64,000 bases of DNA from Bacteroidaceae bacterium (GCA_017479555.1 JAFVCB010000045.1:14358-78357); one strand, 5' to 3'; shown: positions 11,106 through 21,487, numbered from the stretch's first letter. Numbers and translations are program-made. Notes: generated by a model from the letters alone, not told the origin.

Positions 11106-11179
11106 TAGTCTTTAGGTTTTTAGGGTCATCTTGCCGCGAGTACATATACTCAAGGCAGAGCCTATAAACCTAAAGACTA
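11106..11179. terminator. Long imperfect hairpin downstream of cysK
   Basis: tagtctttaggttt (11106-11119) pairs with aaacctaaagacta (11166-11179); inner tagg/ccta, tgcc/ggca and gagta/tactc. Confidence 0.6.
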
Positions 11180-11185
11180 TTTGCA

Positions 11186-11363
11186 TACTTTGGCTATCGC
11201 CGAAGTTACTGCATCTCGGGAGAACGCGCTCAAAAGCAAGCTTTTGGCTTGTTCTCCTCTCGATTTATCGTACTTTGGCTATCGCCGAAGTTACTTCATC
11301 TCGGCCAAGCCATTACAAAAACAAGTTTTTGCATAGCTTGGCTCTCGATTTATCGTAACTTTG
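11186..11363 (+). repeat. Two tandem 85-bp structured units ending in the porX -7 box
   Basis: Units 11186-11270 and 11271-11355 share tactttggctatcgccgaagttactNcatctcgg and ctctcgatttatcg; the 37-nt middles differ but both form hairpins; TAACTTTG at 11356-11363. Confidence 0.9.
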
Positions 11364-11395
11364 CCACAAATAATCACTTATTCAATATTTTGTAA

Positions 11396-12949
11396 ATGAT
11401 GGCTTCGCGATTACTGTGGATAGACGATGAAATAGATATGTTGCGCCCTCATATCCTTTTTCTCGAAAAGAAAGGATACGAGGTATCTACGTGCAATAAT
11501 GGTTCGGACGCTTTGAGACGTTGTGCCAGTGAGCCTTTCGACTTGATTTTGTTAGACGAGAACATGCCTGGCCTTAGTGGGCTGGAAACGCTACAAGGCA
11601 TCAAAGAGCTTCAGCCAGACGTACCTGTAGTTATGGTGACAAAGAACGAGGAAGAAGACCTCATGGATCAAGCTATTGGTGCGCAGATTGCAGATTATCT
11701 CATCAAGCCAGTTAATCCTAATCAGATACTGCTGGCCTTGAAGAAGAATATCCACAGCAGGGAGATTGTGAGTGAAGTTACGCAGTCGGGATATAGTAGA
11801 GCCTTCAGAGAACTACAAGAGCAGATTGATAGAAATCCAGACTTTGAAGGATGGAAAGAACTCTACAAGCGGTTGGTGCGATGGGAAATACAGCTCAGTG
11901 AGACTGCTACACCGATGACAGAAATGCTTGTCTCGCAGAAAGAGGAAGCCAACCGTGCTTTTTTCAGATTTGTAAAGGCAAACTATGCTTCGTGGATAGC
12001 CCATCCCGATGAGCGGCCAATTATGAGTCCCGACGTGATGAAGCGCAAAGTGTTTCCTCTGTTGAGCGAGGGGCGCAAGGTCTTTCTGCTTGTATTAGAC
12101 AATTTTCGCTACGATCAGTGGCGCGTGTTAGCCTCCGAACTTTCAGACGACTTTGATTTTGACGAAGATTTATACTTAGGCATTCTACCCACAGCCACAG
12201 GCTATGCCCGCAATGCTATCTTTGCGGGGCTCATGCCTGATGCCATTAAGAAGATGTATCCATCCCTGTGGGTAGAAGAGACCGAGCAGGAGGGTAAGAA
12301 TCTTCACGAGGAAGAACTCCTCAGATGCCAAATGGAGCGTTTTCGTCGCAAAGAGAAGTTCACCTACAATAAACTCAATGATAGTGCCTTTACGGAACGC
12401 ATCGTAGGAAATATGAATGCGCTTCGAAATGTACCGTTGAATGTGCTTGTTGTGAACTTTATTGATATCCTTTCTCACGCCCGCACAGATTCTCGAATGG
12501 TGCGAGAACTGATGGCCGACGAGGCTGCATATCGCAGTATCACATTGTCGTGGTTTCGACATACTGCGGTGAAAGAACTCTTTGCAGCCCTTGCTGCGGG
12601 CGATGCGGATATCATCATCACCACCGACCACGGAAGCATATATGTTGACACACCCATAAAAGTGATTGGGGATAGAGAAGTCAACACAAACCTGCGCTAC
12701 AAATTGGGTAAAAACCTCAGCTATCCCTCACGTGATGTGTTTGAGATGAAAAATCCCAGTCAGTTTGGATTGCCAACACCCAATCTGTCTACCACATATA
12801 TATATGCCGCAGGGCGGAATTTCTTTGCTTATCCTAACAACTACAACCACTATGTGCAGTATTACCAAGGCACATTCCAACATGGTGGTATATCCCTCGA
12901 AGAAATGATGATTCCCTTGGTACACTTGCGGCCTAAACATAGTCGATAA
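11396..12949 (+). CDS. porX: PorX-type response regulator (receiver + PglZ/alkaline-phosphatase-like domain), T9SS regulator
   Basis: LWIDDE, LLDENMPG and IKPVNPNQ receiver domain; LDNFRYDQW, ILPTAT, TTDHG and FQHGGIS PglZ motifs. Confidence 0.9.
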   Translation: MMASRLLWIDDEIDMLRPHILFLEKKGYEVSTCNNGSDALRRCASEPFDLILLDENMPGLSGLETLQGIKELQPDVPVVMVTKNEEEDLMDQAIGAQIADYLIKPVNPNQILLALKKNIHSREIVSEVTQSGYSRAFRELQEQIDRNPDFEGWKELYKRLVRWEIQLSETATPMTEMLVSQKEEANRAFFRFVKANYASWIAHPDERPIMSPDVMKRKVFPLLSEGRKVFLLVLDNFRYDQWRVLASELSDDFDFDEDLYLGILPTATGYARNAIFAGLMPDAIKKMYPSLWVEETEQEGKNLHEEELLRCQMERFRRKEKFTYNKLNDSAFTERIVGNMNALRNVPLNVLVVNFIDILSHARTDSRMVRELMADEAAYRSITLSWFRHTAVKELFAALAAGDADIIITTDHGSIYVDTPIKVIGDREVNTNLRYKLGKNLSYPSRDVFEMKNPSQFGLPTPNLSTTYIYAAGRNFFAYPNNYNHYVQYYQGTFQHGGISLEEMMIPLVHLRPKHSR

Positions 12950-12960
12950 GCCTCAAAAGA

Positions 12961-13006
12961 AAATCGGTGGTTATGCATAGAGATACATAATCACCGATTT
13001 CTTTTT
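12961..13006. terminator. Bidirectional intrinsic terminator
   Basis: aaatcggtggttatg / cataatcaccgattt stem with A- and T-rich flanks between convergent genes. Confidence 0.8.
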
Positions 13007-13034
13007 TGGGTTTCAACTTGCAGAGGAGATAGTC

Positions 13035-13502
13035 CTATATGTTGTGATAAATGAAGAGGCCATAGTGTGCGGCACTATATCCACTTTTGAATTTATAGGC
13101 CTTAACCTCTATACGATATTCTCCAGAGTAGGGCGGTGTAAATGTCTTGAGCGGGGTGTTGTCGTCTTCATTGTCGCGAACCAATACCACCCAGTCATTT
13201 CCGCTACGTTTGTATACGGTCAAGTCAAGATCCTGAACACGCCCGTCGGAAAAAGCCATAACTGTGTAAGTGTAGGAGTCAACCAAACGTCGAGTAATAA
13301 CTTTCGTGTTAGATATGATATCGTACTCGATGTGCACAATCTCACTGTTGGTCTGATCTTCAATGTAGTTTATCAACTGTTGTCCTACGCTGTAGATGTC
13401 CTTCATGGAGGTATCTTGAGCAGAAACAGAGAGCGGCATAGCAGCCGTGCAGAGAACTAATGCCAATACGGCACACTTCATGTAGTGAAATGTCTTGTAC
13501 AT
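13035..13502 (-). CDS. Small exported protein, PPC-like beta-sandwich
   Basis: Signal peptide ending SVSA-Q; DLDLTVY..G.....D...D..P...F.P..SGEYRIEV resembles pre-peptidase C-terminal-type domains; start 13502 or 13481. Confidence 0.6.
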   Translation of the reverse strand: MYKTFHYMKCAVLALVLCTAAMPLSVSAQDTSMKDIYSVGQQLINYIEDQTNSEIVHIEYDIISNTKVITRRLVDSYTYTVMAFSDGRVQDLDLTVYKRSGNDWVVLVRDNEDDNTPLKTFTPPYSGEYRIEVKAYKFKSGYSAAHYGLFIYHNI

Positions 13503-13629
13503 GGTTGTTGAAAAATAAAAAAGAGGGTTAATAATGTGAGTTCCAAGTGCAAATATAAGAAAAAAGAACACACATTATCTGTGTGACTACTAATTTTGCA
13601 GGTAGTAAGCATAAGGTGAAACAACAATC

Positions 13630-14433
13630 ATGGTAATAACAAGTCTACAGAATACAACTGTCAAGGCTGTGGTGCAGTTGAGCAACAAAGCGTCTGCACG
13701 CAAAGCGTCTGGAAAATTTGTGGTTGAGGGGATGCGCGAAGTTCAGCAATGTATAGGGGCGGGCTATAAGGTAGAGACGCTATTTCTCTGTCGCGACATG
13801 TTGTCTGTGCCACTTCCCTCTGATATCCTCAGCCAAACGCAGGTCGTAGAAGTTTCTGCCGCAGTGTATCGCAAGATGGCCTACCGTGAAAGCACCGAGG
13901 GCGTGATTGCGGTGGTTGAGAACAAAGAAATTCATCTTGAGGACTTAGCCCATGAAGACAATCCGCTTTATGTGGTTCTCGAGAGTGTAGAGAAGCCAGG
14001 CAACTTAGGTGCTATACTTCGCAGTGCCGACGCTGCGCATGTGTCAGCAGTCATTGTTTGTGATGCTCACCACGATTTTGGTAATCCCAATCTGATTCGC
14101 AGTTCGTTGGGAGCACGTTTCACTGTACCGCTTGTAGGGTGTACCAGCGAGGAGTGTATTCAGTTCTTGAAAAATAGAGGGGTACAAATACTCACCGCAC
14201 AGCTTCAAGACTCTCATCTGTACTACACCACAGATATGGTGAAGCCTACAGCCATCGTTATGGGTACAGAGAGTACGGGACTAACAGACGTTTGGCGCGC
14301 TGCGGCTGATGCTCACATACGTATACCCATGTTGGGAAATCTCGACTCACTCAATGTGAGTGTGAGTACGGCCATTCTTCTATTTGAAGCCGTTAGGCAG
14401 CGTCATCTCTCGGGCGATATACGCTTCAAATAG
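13630..14433 (+). CDS. TrmH/SpoU-family RNA methyltransferase
   Basis: EKPGNLGAILRSADA, MGTESTGL and IPMLG..DSLNVSVS SPOUT motifs. Confidence 0.93.
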   Translation: MVITSLQNTTVKAVVQLSNKASARKASGKFVVEGMREVQQCIGAGYKVETLFLCRDMLSVPLPSDILSQTQVVEVSAAVYRKMAYRESTEGVIAVVENKEIHLEDLAHEDNPLYVVLESVEKPGNLGAILRSADAAHVSAVIVCDAHHDFGNPNLIRSSLGARFTVPLVGCTSEECIQFLKNRGVQILTAQLQDSHLYYTTDMVKPTAIVMGTESTGLTDVWRAAADAHIRIPMLGNLDSLNVSVSTAILLFEAVRQRHLSGDIRFK

Positions 14434-16588
14434 CTCCGAAGTATTTTGTAAACAATCGGCGTGCAGTGTGGATAGGTACGCCTTGTGGTTTTACGGGTAG
14501 TGCCAATGTAGCGTCCGAAGCCCAAGCCTCTTCCATCTTATACCAATCGCTTGCCGTGGGCAAGGGATTACCTGCTTGCAATTCTTGGAAGTATTGTTTC
14601 CAGCGGGGCAAATAGTAGGTTTCTATCAGTCCGCCCCATTCGCGGTTAGAATAGTCGCGCAGTCCTCCTCCATTGGCCGCACGCTCTGGTCCCCATGTGG
14701 TGATGAGCAAACGGGCATTGTGGTCGAAGAGTTCGTAGACTTGTCTGTTTCCAGGGGCTATTTCCTCGGCTGCATCGTGTGCCTGCTTCAGCCAGCTTCC
14801 AGCCATAAAGGCAGGATGGGTGGAGAGCAATAGGTCAAGGTCTGCAATCACTTCTAAATAGTTCTTTATAGCCGATTGGAGGGCACTCTTTGAGCCTGTC
14901 TCTGTGGCTTCTTGTACCAAGCGTAAACGCTCTGCAGCCTCGTCGGTCAAGCATTGTCTGACGACATCTACCACATCGTATTGATAGCCACGGCTATTGC
15001 CTAATATATTGCGTTGAGAAAGCAAATAGGCAGCCGCTCTACGCACAAAACCTGTGTTCCAATAAATATCGCTACGACTCCATGTGGAAACACTCTTCAC
15101 CGTCAATGCTGGACGGGCACAAATGATGGGCTCGCTACATCCTTGTCGGTTGTCTGGACAGGCATATACCGAGCGCATCAGCAATTTCCACGCGCTGTCG
15201 CATAGTGCCGTGTGTTCGCCATATCGGGCGGTGGTGTAGTCGGCTAACCACGACGCGATTTTTTCTGGCGTATGGATTTCTTCCCAAGCCATATCAAAAA
15301 GTGCATCGTAGCAAACAGGATTGGTCTCGGCTCCCTCGGGCGCAGCACCGATACCTACACACGAGCTCCGCTGTAGGGCATCGTGAGCACCCGCAAACGT
15401 ACCCTCTAACCTTCCATGCATACCTATGCGTCCACCAAAATTGTGAAGCATACAATATATAAAGTCATGTCCACCAAACCCGCTTGCGTAGCGAGGTTCA
15501 CCGTCTGCAAACAAGTCGAGGATGACAAGCCCGCCTTGCGGTATGGCTTCTAAGCATTCGCGGCGAGGGTTCTCGCCCCAAGCTTGTAGCACCCATCGAC
15601 TTTCGGGTACGGCTCGTTGCATCGCATCGTACGTGCCGCGAAAAGCTGCATGCAGATCCACGCCCGCCGTGTTGCCGCCCTCGTGGAACAAATCCATGCT
15701 GTAGAAGGTGGAAGTGCCCATCAGTCGTTCCAGTTCCTCATAGTAGATTTGTGCCACTTCTGTGAAGAGACTGTCGGTGGGTAGCAAGAAGCCTGGCCTC
15801 CTAAATCCACACCATCCGCCCGCATCGCGGTCGCGCCCCTTGCGACTCAAATAGTCGGAGGGTATCATGCCCGCATATCCAGGCAGCACGGGTTCCATAC
15901 CGAGTTCCCTCTCGCGGGCTAAGATCTGCTGTCCCACTCGGGCGCGCTCCTCATACCATTCTTCGGGATTGGGGCCGCCCCATCCTTCGAGGTTGCCCAT
16001 CAAGAACCAAGCCTGAAAAGCCGGACCCGCAATGAATTTTGCCGTTTCGTCGCTGGTGTAGCCCAATCGTTTCAGCACGTTTCGCCAAACGGTCTCCGTG
16101 CCGACAAGTTGCAGGGGCATGTTGATGCCGTGCAAGGCCATCCAGTCTATTTCCTCCTGCCATCGTGGCCAAGTCCAGAACGAAGTGGTGTACGAGAAGG
16201 TACAATAGTTGAGGTAGTAGCGTAGTGGTGCGAGGCACGGATAAGGCGTGTCGCAGCAGGGCAAAGGCAGTTCGATGGTGCGCAAGTCGGGATGCAGGTT
16301 GTCCCAAGCCACTTGTACGTGAGCATGTGTACGCAGATAGTGTCCGATGCCCGCTGTGCATGCGCTTATGGTTGAGCCGCCTATGTATGGCTTGCCTTCG
16401 CGCTGACCTATGACGAATGTTTCGCGTCCGCTGTCGGCCAGGGCGGCATCGACTTCGGTTTCAAACCTGAGGTGTGTGCCTTTGCCGCCTATCCTGTCGA
16501 GAAGGTCCGAGACAGCTTGGGGGTTGTGTGTGGCAAAGCCTGCCAATATATGAGCGAGGAATACCATAGTCAGTACGAAGCGTTTCAT
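14426..16588 (-). CDS. Alpha-N-acetylglucosaminidase (GH89)
   Basis: RYYLNYCTFSY, WQEEIDWMALHGIN, MGNLEGWGGP, DLFHEGG, PEG.E.NP and LRDYSNREWGGL; signal peptide. Confidence 0.93.
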   Translation of the reverse strand: MKRFVLTMVFLAHILAGFATHNPQAVSDLLDRIGGKGTHLRFETEVDAALADSGRETFVIGQREGKPYIGGSTISACTAGIGHYLRTHAHVQVAWDNLHPDLRTIELPLPCCDTPYPCLAPLRYYLNYCTFSYTTSFWTWPRWQEEIDWMALHGINMPLQLVGTETVWRNVLKRLGYTSDETAKFIAGPAFQAWFLMGNLEGWGGPNPEEWYEERARVGQQILARERELGMEPVLPGYAGMIPSDYLSRKGRDRDAGGWCGFRRPGFLLPTDSLFTEVAQIYYEELERLMGTSTFYSMDLFHEGGNTAGVDLHAAFRGTYDAMQRAVPESRWVLQAWGENPRRECLEAIPQGGLVILDLFADGEPRYASGFGGHDFIYCMLHNFGGRIGMHGRLEGTFAGAHDALQRSSCVGIGAAPEGAETNPVCYDALFDMAWEEIHTPEKIASWLADYTTARYGEHTALCDSAWKLLMRSVYACPDNRQGCSEPIICARPALTVKSVSTWSRSDIYWNTGFVRRAAAYLLSQRNILGNSRGYQYDVVDVVRQCLTDEAAERLRLVQEATETGSKSALQSAIKNYLEVIADLDLLLSTHPAFMAGSWLKQAHDAAEEIAPGNRQVYELFDHNARLLITTWGPERAANGGGLRDYSNREWGGLIETYYLPRWKQYFQELQAGNPLPTASDWYKMEEAWASDATLALPVKPQGVPIHTARRLFTKYFGAI

Positions 16589-16655
16589 GTGTGGAATGCG
16601 TATTTATAGTATGTGATATATTCGAGTGTGCGTTGACGTGCGACGCTTTTGTGCG

Positions 16656-17648
16656 CTATTGTCCGCCTAATCGGTCGAAGAAAGTCAGGACGTGCTTCCA
16701 TTCTCTAAAGTCAGCACTGCCGTAGGCAATGTGTGTGCCAATGAAGTCGGGCTGAGCCTTTGCCGAGATGAAGTAGTCGCCCATGAGTTGGTCGGGACGC
16801 GGAGTAATGATTAGACGATTGTAGGCCGCGACGCCTAAGTACTTCTCCACCCATGCCCGACAACGTGCTGCGTGACTGCTGTCGTACCAGTCGGTCTCTG
16901 CCACCACATACACATCGTATATGCTGGACAAATGCGCAAAAGCGTGAGCCGCCGAGCCCAATGGCGTACCATCATCCTTCATGAGCGTATCTTCGAGCGC
17001 GACAAACATGACGGGACGTGTGCGCCCCAGTACCTTGTCGATAGCCCAGCCCAGTACGGGAGCTAAGACGTGGATGCGCGTATGGTCGTCAAGTCGATGT
17101 CCACCTTCGTAGACGATGGCTCGCGAATAGTGTTGTCGAAATAGTGACAGCGTGGAAGTCACCTCGTCATGGCGACCGAAGAGTCCCCATACTTTGGCAT
17201 CCTCACCCTCGTCCGATGCGTGGCTAAAAGCCTCTGCGCTTACTTCCCGAAACGCATCGATGAGCGCCTTATTGATGAGAAAGTACGATGCACCATCGCG
17301 CCGAGGATTGAAGAAGTCCTGCCGCCCCATGCCGTAGTGCGCGCGAATAGAATCTGCTATTTCAAAAGCAGGATTGATTAAAATCCTATGAATGCCGCTA
17401 AACCTTTCAGCAAACATGCCACCCATGCTGGTGCCGATGATTAAGTTTGGCTGTTCTGCGGCCACCAGTCCCTGAAGGAAATCCACGGCTTCGTGAGGGT
17501 CTACAGGCACATCGGGCGAAAGCACTGTGGCATCGCGATATTGCTCTGCCAACCATTTGGCAGTGGTCGTCGTACCCGACGAAGCAAAACCGTGTATGTT
17601 CAGGATTTTAAGCATCTTTATACACCAACGTAGCGGCTGTGTACTCAT
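16656..17648 (-). CDS. YqiA-type alpha/beta hydrolase fused to a 5'(3')-deoxyribonucleotidase-like HAD domain
   Basis: HGFASSG, GTSMGG, ILINPA and GGH for the hydrolase; C-terminal LS..YDVYV...W...YLG..AYNRLIIT..LMGDYFI for the NT5C-like domain; start may be 17615. Confidence 0.8.
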   Translation of the reverse strand: MSTQPLRWCIKMLKILNIHGFASSGTTTTAKWLAEQYRDATVLSPDVPVDPHEAVDFLQGLVAAEQPNLIIGTSMGGMFAERFSGIHRILINPAFEIADSIRAHYGMGRQDFFNPRRDGASYFLINKALIDAFREVSAEAFSHASDEGEDAKVWGLFGRHDEVTSTLSLFRQHYSRAIVYEGGHRLDDHTRIHVLAPVLGWAIDKVLGRTRPVMFVALEDTLMKDDGTPLGSAAHAFAHLSSIYDVYVVAETDWYDSSHAARCRAWVEKYLGVAAYNRLIITPRPDQLMGDYFISAKAQPDFIGTHIAYGSADFREWKHVLTFFDRLGGQ

Positions 17649-17831
17649 CGCCGTAGCCCATTGTTTGCTTTGCTCCCTCTGTGCCGCTTGCTACGCGTGG
17701 CTCTACGCGTGCAAAAACAAGCCGTTGCAGCCGTTGCGAGCAGGGAGGATGGGCTTCGGATGTAGCGCTTTAGGGATGATTACAGCCGCGAAGTTACTGA
17801 TAAATGAAGAGATAGTTGTACTTTTGCCCTC

Positions 17832-18989
17832 ATGAAAATCGCTTTTGATGCTAAACACGCCTTTCAGAATCGTACAGGATTGGGAAACTATAGTCGCTAT
17901 ATCTTGGAGATTCTTTGTAGCTACTATCCCCAACATCGGTATATCACGTATGCCCCACACGACTCTGATGAAGAGCGTATGCGAGCGATGTTTCGTAGGT
18001 TTTCTTTTCTCACACCATCGTTTCCCAAGGGAGGCCTTTCCGTATGGTGGAGAGTTTGGAGTATCAAGAAGGATATTCGTCGTGCTGAAATAGACGTTTT
18101 TCACGGCCTCACAGGACAACTGCCACTGACGATAAATGATACAGATGCAGCTTCTGTCGTAACCATTCACGACCTTATTTTCCTGCGCTTCCCGCATTAC
18201 TATAATTGGATAGACCGCCATATCTATGCCTACAAGATGCGCAAAGCCTGCGAGATCGCCACGAAAGTTATTGCCATCAGTGAGTGTACCAAAAGAGACA
18301 TCATTCATTTCTTCAATATATGTCCTGAAAAGATAGAAGTGGTCTATCAAGGCTGCGATGCCGTATTCAGCGAAGATGGCGACACGACATTAGACGCACA
18401 GGTGCGAAGTCGCTATCAGCTGCCAAAGGACTATGTCCTCAGCGTGGGCAGTATCGAAGAAAGGAAGAACACCAGATTGTTGGTTCGGGCATTGCCGCAG
18501 CTTCCTCAAGAACTCGAATTGGTATTAGTAGGTAAGCGCACACCATATACAGATGCTATAGAGAACGAAGCCAAACAGCTGAACGTGGCTCATAGACTGC
18601 ATATCCTCTCGGGCGTATCGTTTCAAGACCTTCCGTCGATATATCGCGGGGCATCAATCTTCGCATATCCCTCTCGCTACGAGGGCTTTGGTATTCCTAT
18701 CCTTGAAGCGCAGCGCAGTGGCCTTCCCGTTGTTGCCGCTACTGGCTCATGTTTGGAAGAAACGGGTGGCGACGGCGCGCTCTACGTCCATCCCGACGAC
18801 GTTGACGGAGTGGTTCATGCCTTGCTTTCGATCTATACGGATGAAACGCTACGTAGCACGCTGATTGGAAAAGGGCGCGAACACGCGCGTAAATTCAGTG
18901 AGGAGAACCAAGCGCATCAACTGATGGAGGTCTACCAGAAGGCACTATCGAAGAAAAGAAACAAACATACACAAGACAATGACCGATAA
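17832..18989 (+). CDS. GT4 glycosyltransferase
   Basis: [38 protein letters not shown]. Confidence 0.92.
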   Translation: MKIAFDAKHAFQNRTGLGNYSRYILEILCSYYPQHRYITYAPHDSDEERMRAMFRRFSFLTPSFPKGGLSVWWRVWSIKKDIRRAEIDVFHGLTGQLPLTINDTDAASVVTIHDLIFLRFPHYYNWIDRHIYAYKMRKACEIATKVIAISECTKRDIIHFFNICPEKIEVVYQGCDAVFSEDGDTTLDAQVRSRYQLPKDYVLSVGSIEERKNTRLLVRALPQLPQELELVLVGKRTPYTDAIENEAKQLNVAHRLHILSGVSFQDLPSIYRGASIFAYPSRYEGFGIPILEAQRSGLPVVAATGSCLEETGGDGALYVHPDDVDGVVHALLSIYTDETLRSTLIGKGREHARKFSEENQAHQLMEVYQKALSKKRNKHTQDNDR

Positions 18990-19686
18990 GAAAATTACCA
19001 TAGCCATTGATGGCCATAGCTCATGCGGTAAGAGCACCATGGCAAAGTGGTTAGCCAAGCAGTTGGGCTATATATATGTTGATACAGGAGCTATGTATCG
19101 GGCTGTGACGCTTTTTGCGCTTCGCAAAGGGCTTTTCCACGACGATACGCTCGACACTAATGCGCTCGAGTCCTTGATGCCTTCGATAGCAGTGGGCTTC
19201 GTCGTGCAGCCCACCACGGGAGTGCCGCAGACCACCCTGCAAGGCGAGGTGGTGGAGGAATATATACGCGGCATGGAGGTATCCAGCAAAGTCAGCCAAG
19301 TAGCTGCGCTCCCCTTTGTGCGTCGGGCGATGACGCAGCAGCAACAACGCATGGGAGCAGACGGCGGAGTAGTGATGGACGGCAGGGATATAGGCACCGC
19401 CGTGTTCCCCGATGCAGAACTCAAAGTCTTTGTCACAGCCAGCGCAGAGGTACGCGCGCAGCGTCGCTATGCGGAGTTGCAAGAGCGAGGACAAGCCGCC
19501 ACGTACGAAGACATCTTGCAGAATGTACAGGAGCGCGACTATATCGATTCGCATCGCGACATAGCCCCGCTCCGACAGGCCGAAGACGCGCTGCTATTGG
19601 ACAACAGCCATCTCACCATCGAAGCCCAAAACAAGTGGCTACTGAGCCAAGCCACACAATGTATCGAAGCGCAAAACGAAAAGTAG
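18979..19686 (+). CDS. cmk: Cytidylate kinase
   Basis: [34 protein letters not shown]. Confidence 0.96.
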   Translation: MTDKKITIAIDGHSSCGKSTMAKWLAKQLGYIYVDTGAMYRAVTLFALRKGLFHDDTLDTNALESLMPSIAVGFVVQPTTGVPQTTLQGEVVEEYIRGMEVSSKVSQVAALPFVRRAMTQQQQRMGADGGVVMDGRDIGTAVFPDAELKVFVTASAEVRAQRRYAELQERGQAATYEDILQNVQERDYIDSHRDIAPLRQAEDALLLDNSHLTIEAQNKWLLSQATQCIEAQNEK

Positions 19687-19732
19687 GAAACCGCGCGCTT
19701 CGGCATCCCCATCTCTGAAAATACAACTCACG

Positions 19733-20602
19733 ATGAACCATCGTCTACATGTAGAAATCGACAGTGGCAGTGGCTTTTGTTTCGGCGTGACCACCGCTAT
19801 CGGCAAGGCCGAAGAGGAGATTGCGCGCGGCCCCCTTTGTTGTTTGGGCGACATTGTGCATAACAGCGGTGAAGTGGAACGCCTCTCCACCCTCGGGCTT
19901 CGCACCATCGACCACCGAGAATTTGAGCACGCCGAGCCTGGCACGCGGGTATTGCTGCGCGCACACGGCGAACCGCCCTCGACCTACGACATGGCGCGCG
20001 AGCGAGGCATAGCCATCATCGACGCCACTTGTCCGGTGGTGTTGCAGCTCCAAAGGCGCATACGCCGCGTCTACGAAGAGACACCACGCCCACAAATCGT
20101 CATCTATGGCAAACGCGGACACGCCGAGGTGCTGGGGCTTGTAGGACAGACCCAAGGCACCGCCCTCGTGGTCGAAACCATCGAAGAAGCCCGCCTACTG
20201 CATATTGATACCACGCGCCCCCTATGTCTGTTCTCCCAAACCACTAAGTCGTTGGACGGATTTCACCACGTATCTGAGTTACTCTCGGCTCGCATGGCTT
20301 CGCCCACGCTCATCCGCGTGTTCGACACCGTTTGCCGCCAGGTCTCAGGCCGCAGAGCAGGCATTGAACGCTTTGCCGAACAGCACGATGTCATTATCTT
20401 TGTCAGCGGAAAGAAGAGTAGCAACGGCCATGCGCTCTACGAAGCCTGTCTGCATCGCAATCCGCGAAGCTACATGGTTGACGCGCCCGAGGCCATACAG
20501 CAAGCTTGGTTCGACAATGCCCATAGCGTGGGAATTTGCGGAGCTACCAGTACACCCAAATGGCTGATGGAGGCCTGCAGAGAACGCGTCAAGAACCTTT
20601 AA
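19733..20602 (+). CDS. ispH: 4-hydroxy-3-methylbut-2-enyl diphosphate reductase
   Basis: GFCFGV, IVHN, RAHG, DATCP, QTT, DTVC, SSNG, GATSTP. Confidence 0.96.
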   Translation: MNHRLHVEIDSGSGFCFGVTTAIGKAEEEIARGPLCCLGDIVHNSGEVERLSTLGLRTIDHREFEHAEPGTRVLLRAHGEPPSTYDMARERGIAIIDATCPVVLQLQRRIRRVYEETPRPQIVIYGKRGHAEVLGLVGQTQGTALVVETIEEARLLHIDTTRPLCLFSQTTKSLDGFHHVSELLSARMASPTLIRVFDTVCRQVSGRRAGIERFAEQHDVIIFVSGKKSSNGHALYEACLHRNPRSYMVDAPEAIQQAWFDNAHSVGICGATSTPKWLMEACRERVKNL

Positions 20603-20725
20603 CCTTTATTCCACGCAAGCCCATACGCACGGCGCACCGAAGCACATCCCGCGTCCGAGGTACGGCAACTGCCGCCTACGCGTTTACATGCCACATAGAC
20701 CGACCTATAACCCTAACCTTAATCC

Positions 20726-21445
20726 ATGGAAATCATACTCAATCCGAAATACCAGCGACTTCATTCCGTTTTGGAGCGACTTGAAGAAATCTTTCCCACG
20801 GGTGAGCTCGTTCAGGACAGTTTCAACGAGATCCGCCTGCTACACTGCGAAGGCTTGACGCTCAACGTGAAACGCTACGGGCGTTCCATATCGCGCCGCC
20901 TGCGTTTCTACAAGATGGCCAAAGGGATGCGCGCTTTCGTGGCTGGGCGCTACCTGCGCGAACGTGGCTACGACAGTCCCGAACCTGTGGCTTTCGTGCG
21001 CTACAGAGGGCGCATGATGACGCGCGCCACCTATTTTGTCACCATCCAAAGCCCTCTGCGCCACAACATATCCGAGCTCGCAGCTTGGACATTGCAGGAA
21101 CAGGAGAGCATCATCGATGCGCTCGCGGCTTACACGGCCAGACTCAATGAGGATGGCTTTGTTCACCACAATTTCAAGGGCAAACACATTCTTTTCGACC
21201 GCAACGAACAGGGTGCATGGGTATTTGCACTCATCGATGTCAATCGTGTGCATCGCCGCAGACACGGTATCAGCACGGAGCGTGGGCTCAAGAGTTTCGA
21301 ACGTCTTGTGCTGCCCGAGGGTATGCTTGAGCGACTCACGCGCGCTTACGCTCGGCTCCGACAGTATAGCGAGGAGAGCGCGTGGACCTTTGTGCAAGCC
21401 CGCTTCCAAGCCTATCAGGAGAAGGTGGCACGCCGAGGACGATAA
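20726..21445 (+). CDS. Kdo/WaaP/InaA-family LPS kinase-like protein (degenerate catalytic loop)
   Basis: VKRY, SPEPVAF and FALIDVNR motifs; catalytic loop reads HHNFKGKHILF. Confidence 0.75.
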   Translation: MEIILNPKYQRLHSVLERLEEIFPTGELVQDSFNEIRLLHCEGLTLNVKRYGRSISRRLRFYKMAKGMRAFVAGRYLRERGYDSPEPVAFVRYRGRMMTRATYFVTIQSPLRHNISELAAWTLQEQESIIDALAAYTARLNEDGFVHHNFKGKHILFDRNEQGAWVFALIDVNRVHRRRHGISTERGLKSFERLVLPEGMLERLTRAYARLRQYSEESAWTFVQARFQAYQEKVARRGR

Positions 21446-21487
21446 TCGCGCAGCCCATCGCTGCCATCCCACGGGCTATATATCCAA

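Noticed and set aside
11186-11363. Possible mini-CRISPR (48-nt repeat, 37-nt spacers)
   Set aside because: The 'spacers' are structurally homologous hairpins with the same CAAG loop, there are only two units, and no cas genes are in the window.
11396-12949. PglZ domain as evidence of a BREX defence system
   Set aside because: Receiver-PglZ architecture is PorX, and no brx/pgl genes are nearby.
14426-14433. 8-bp 3' overlap of the TrmH and GH89 genes
   Set aside because: Short convergent overlaps are common and nothing here indicates regulation.
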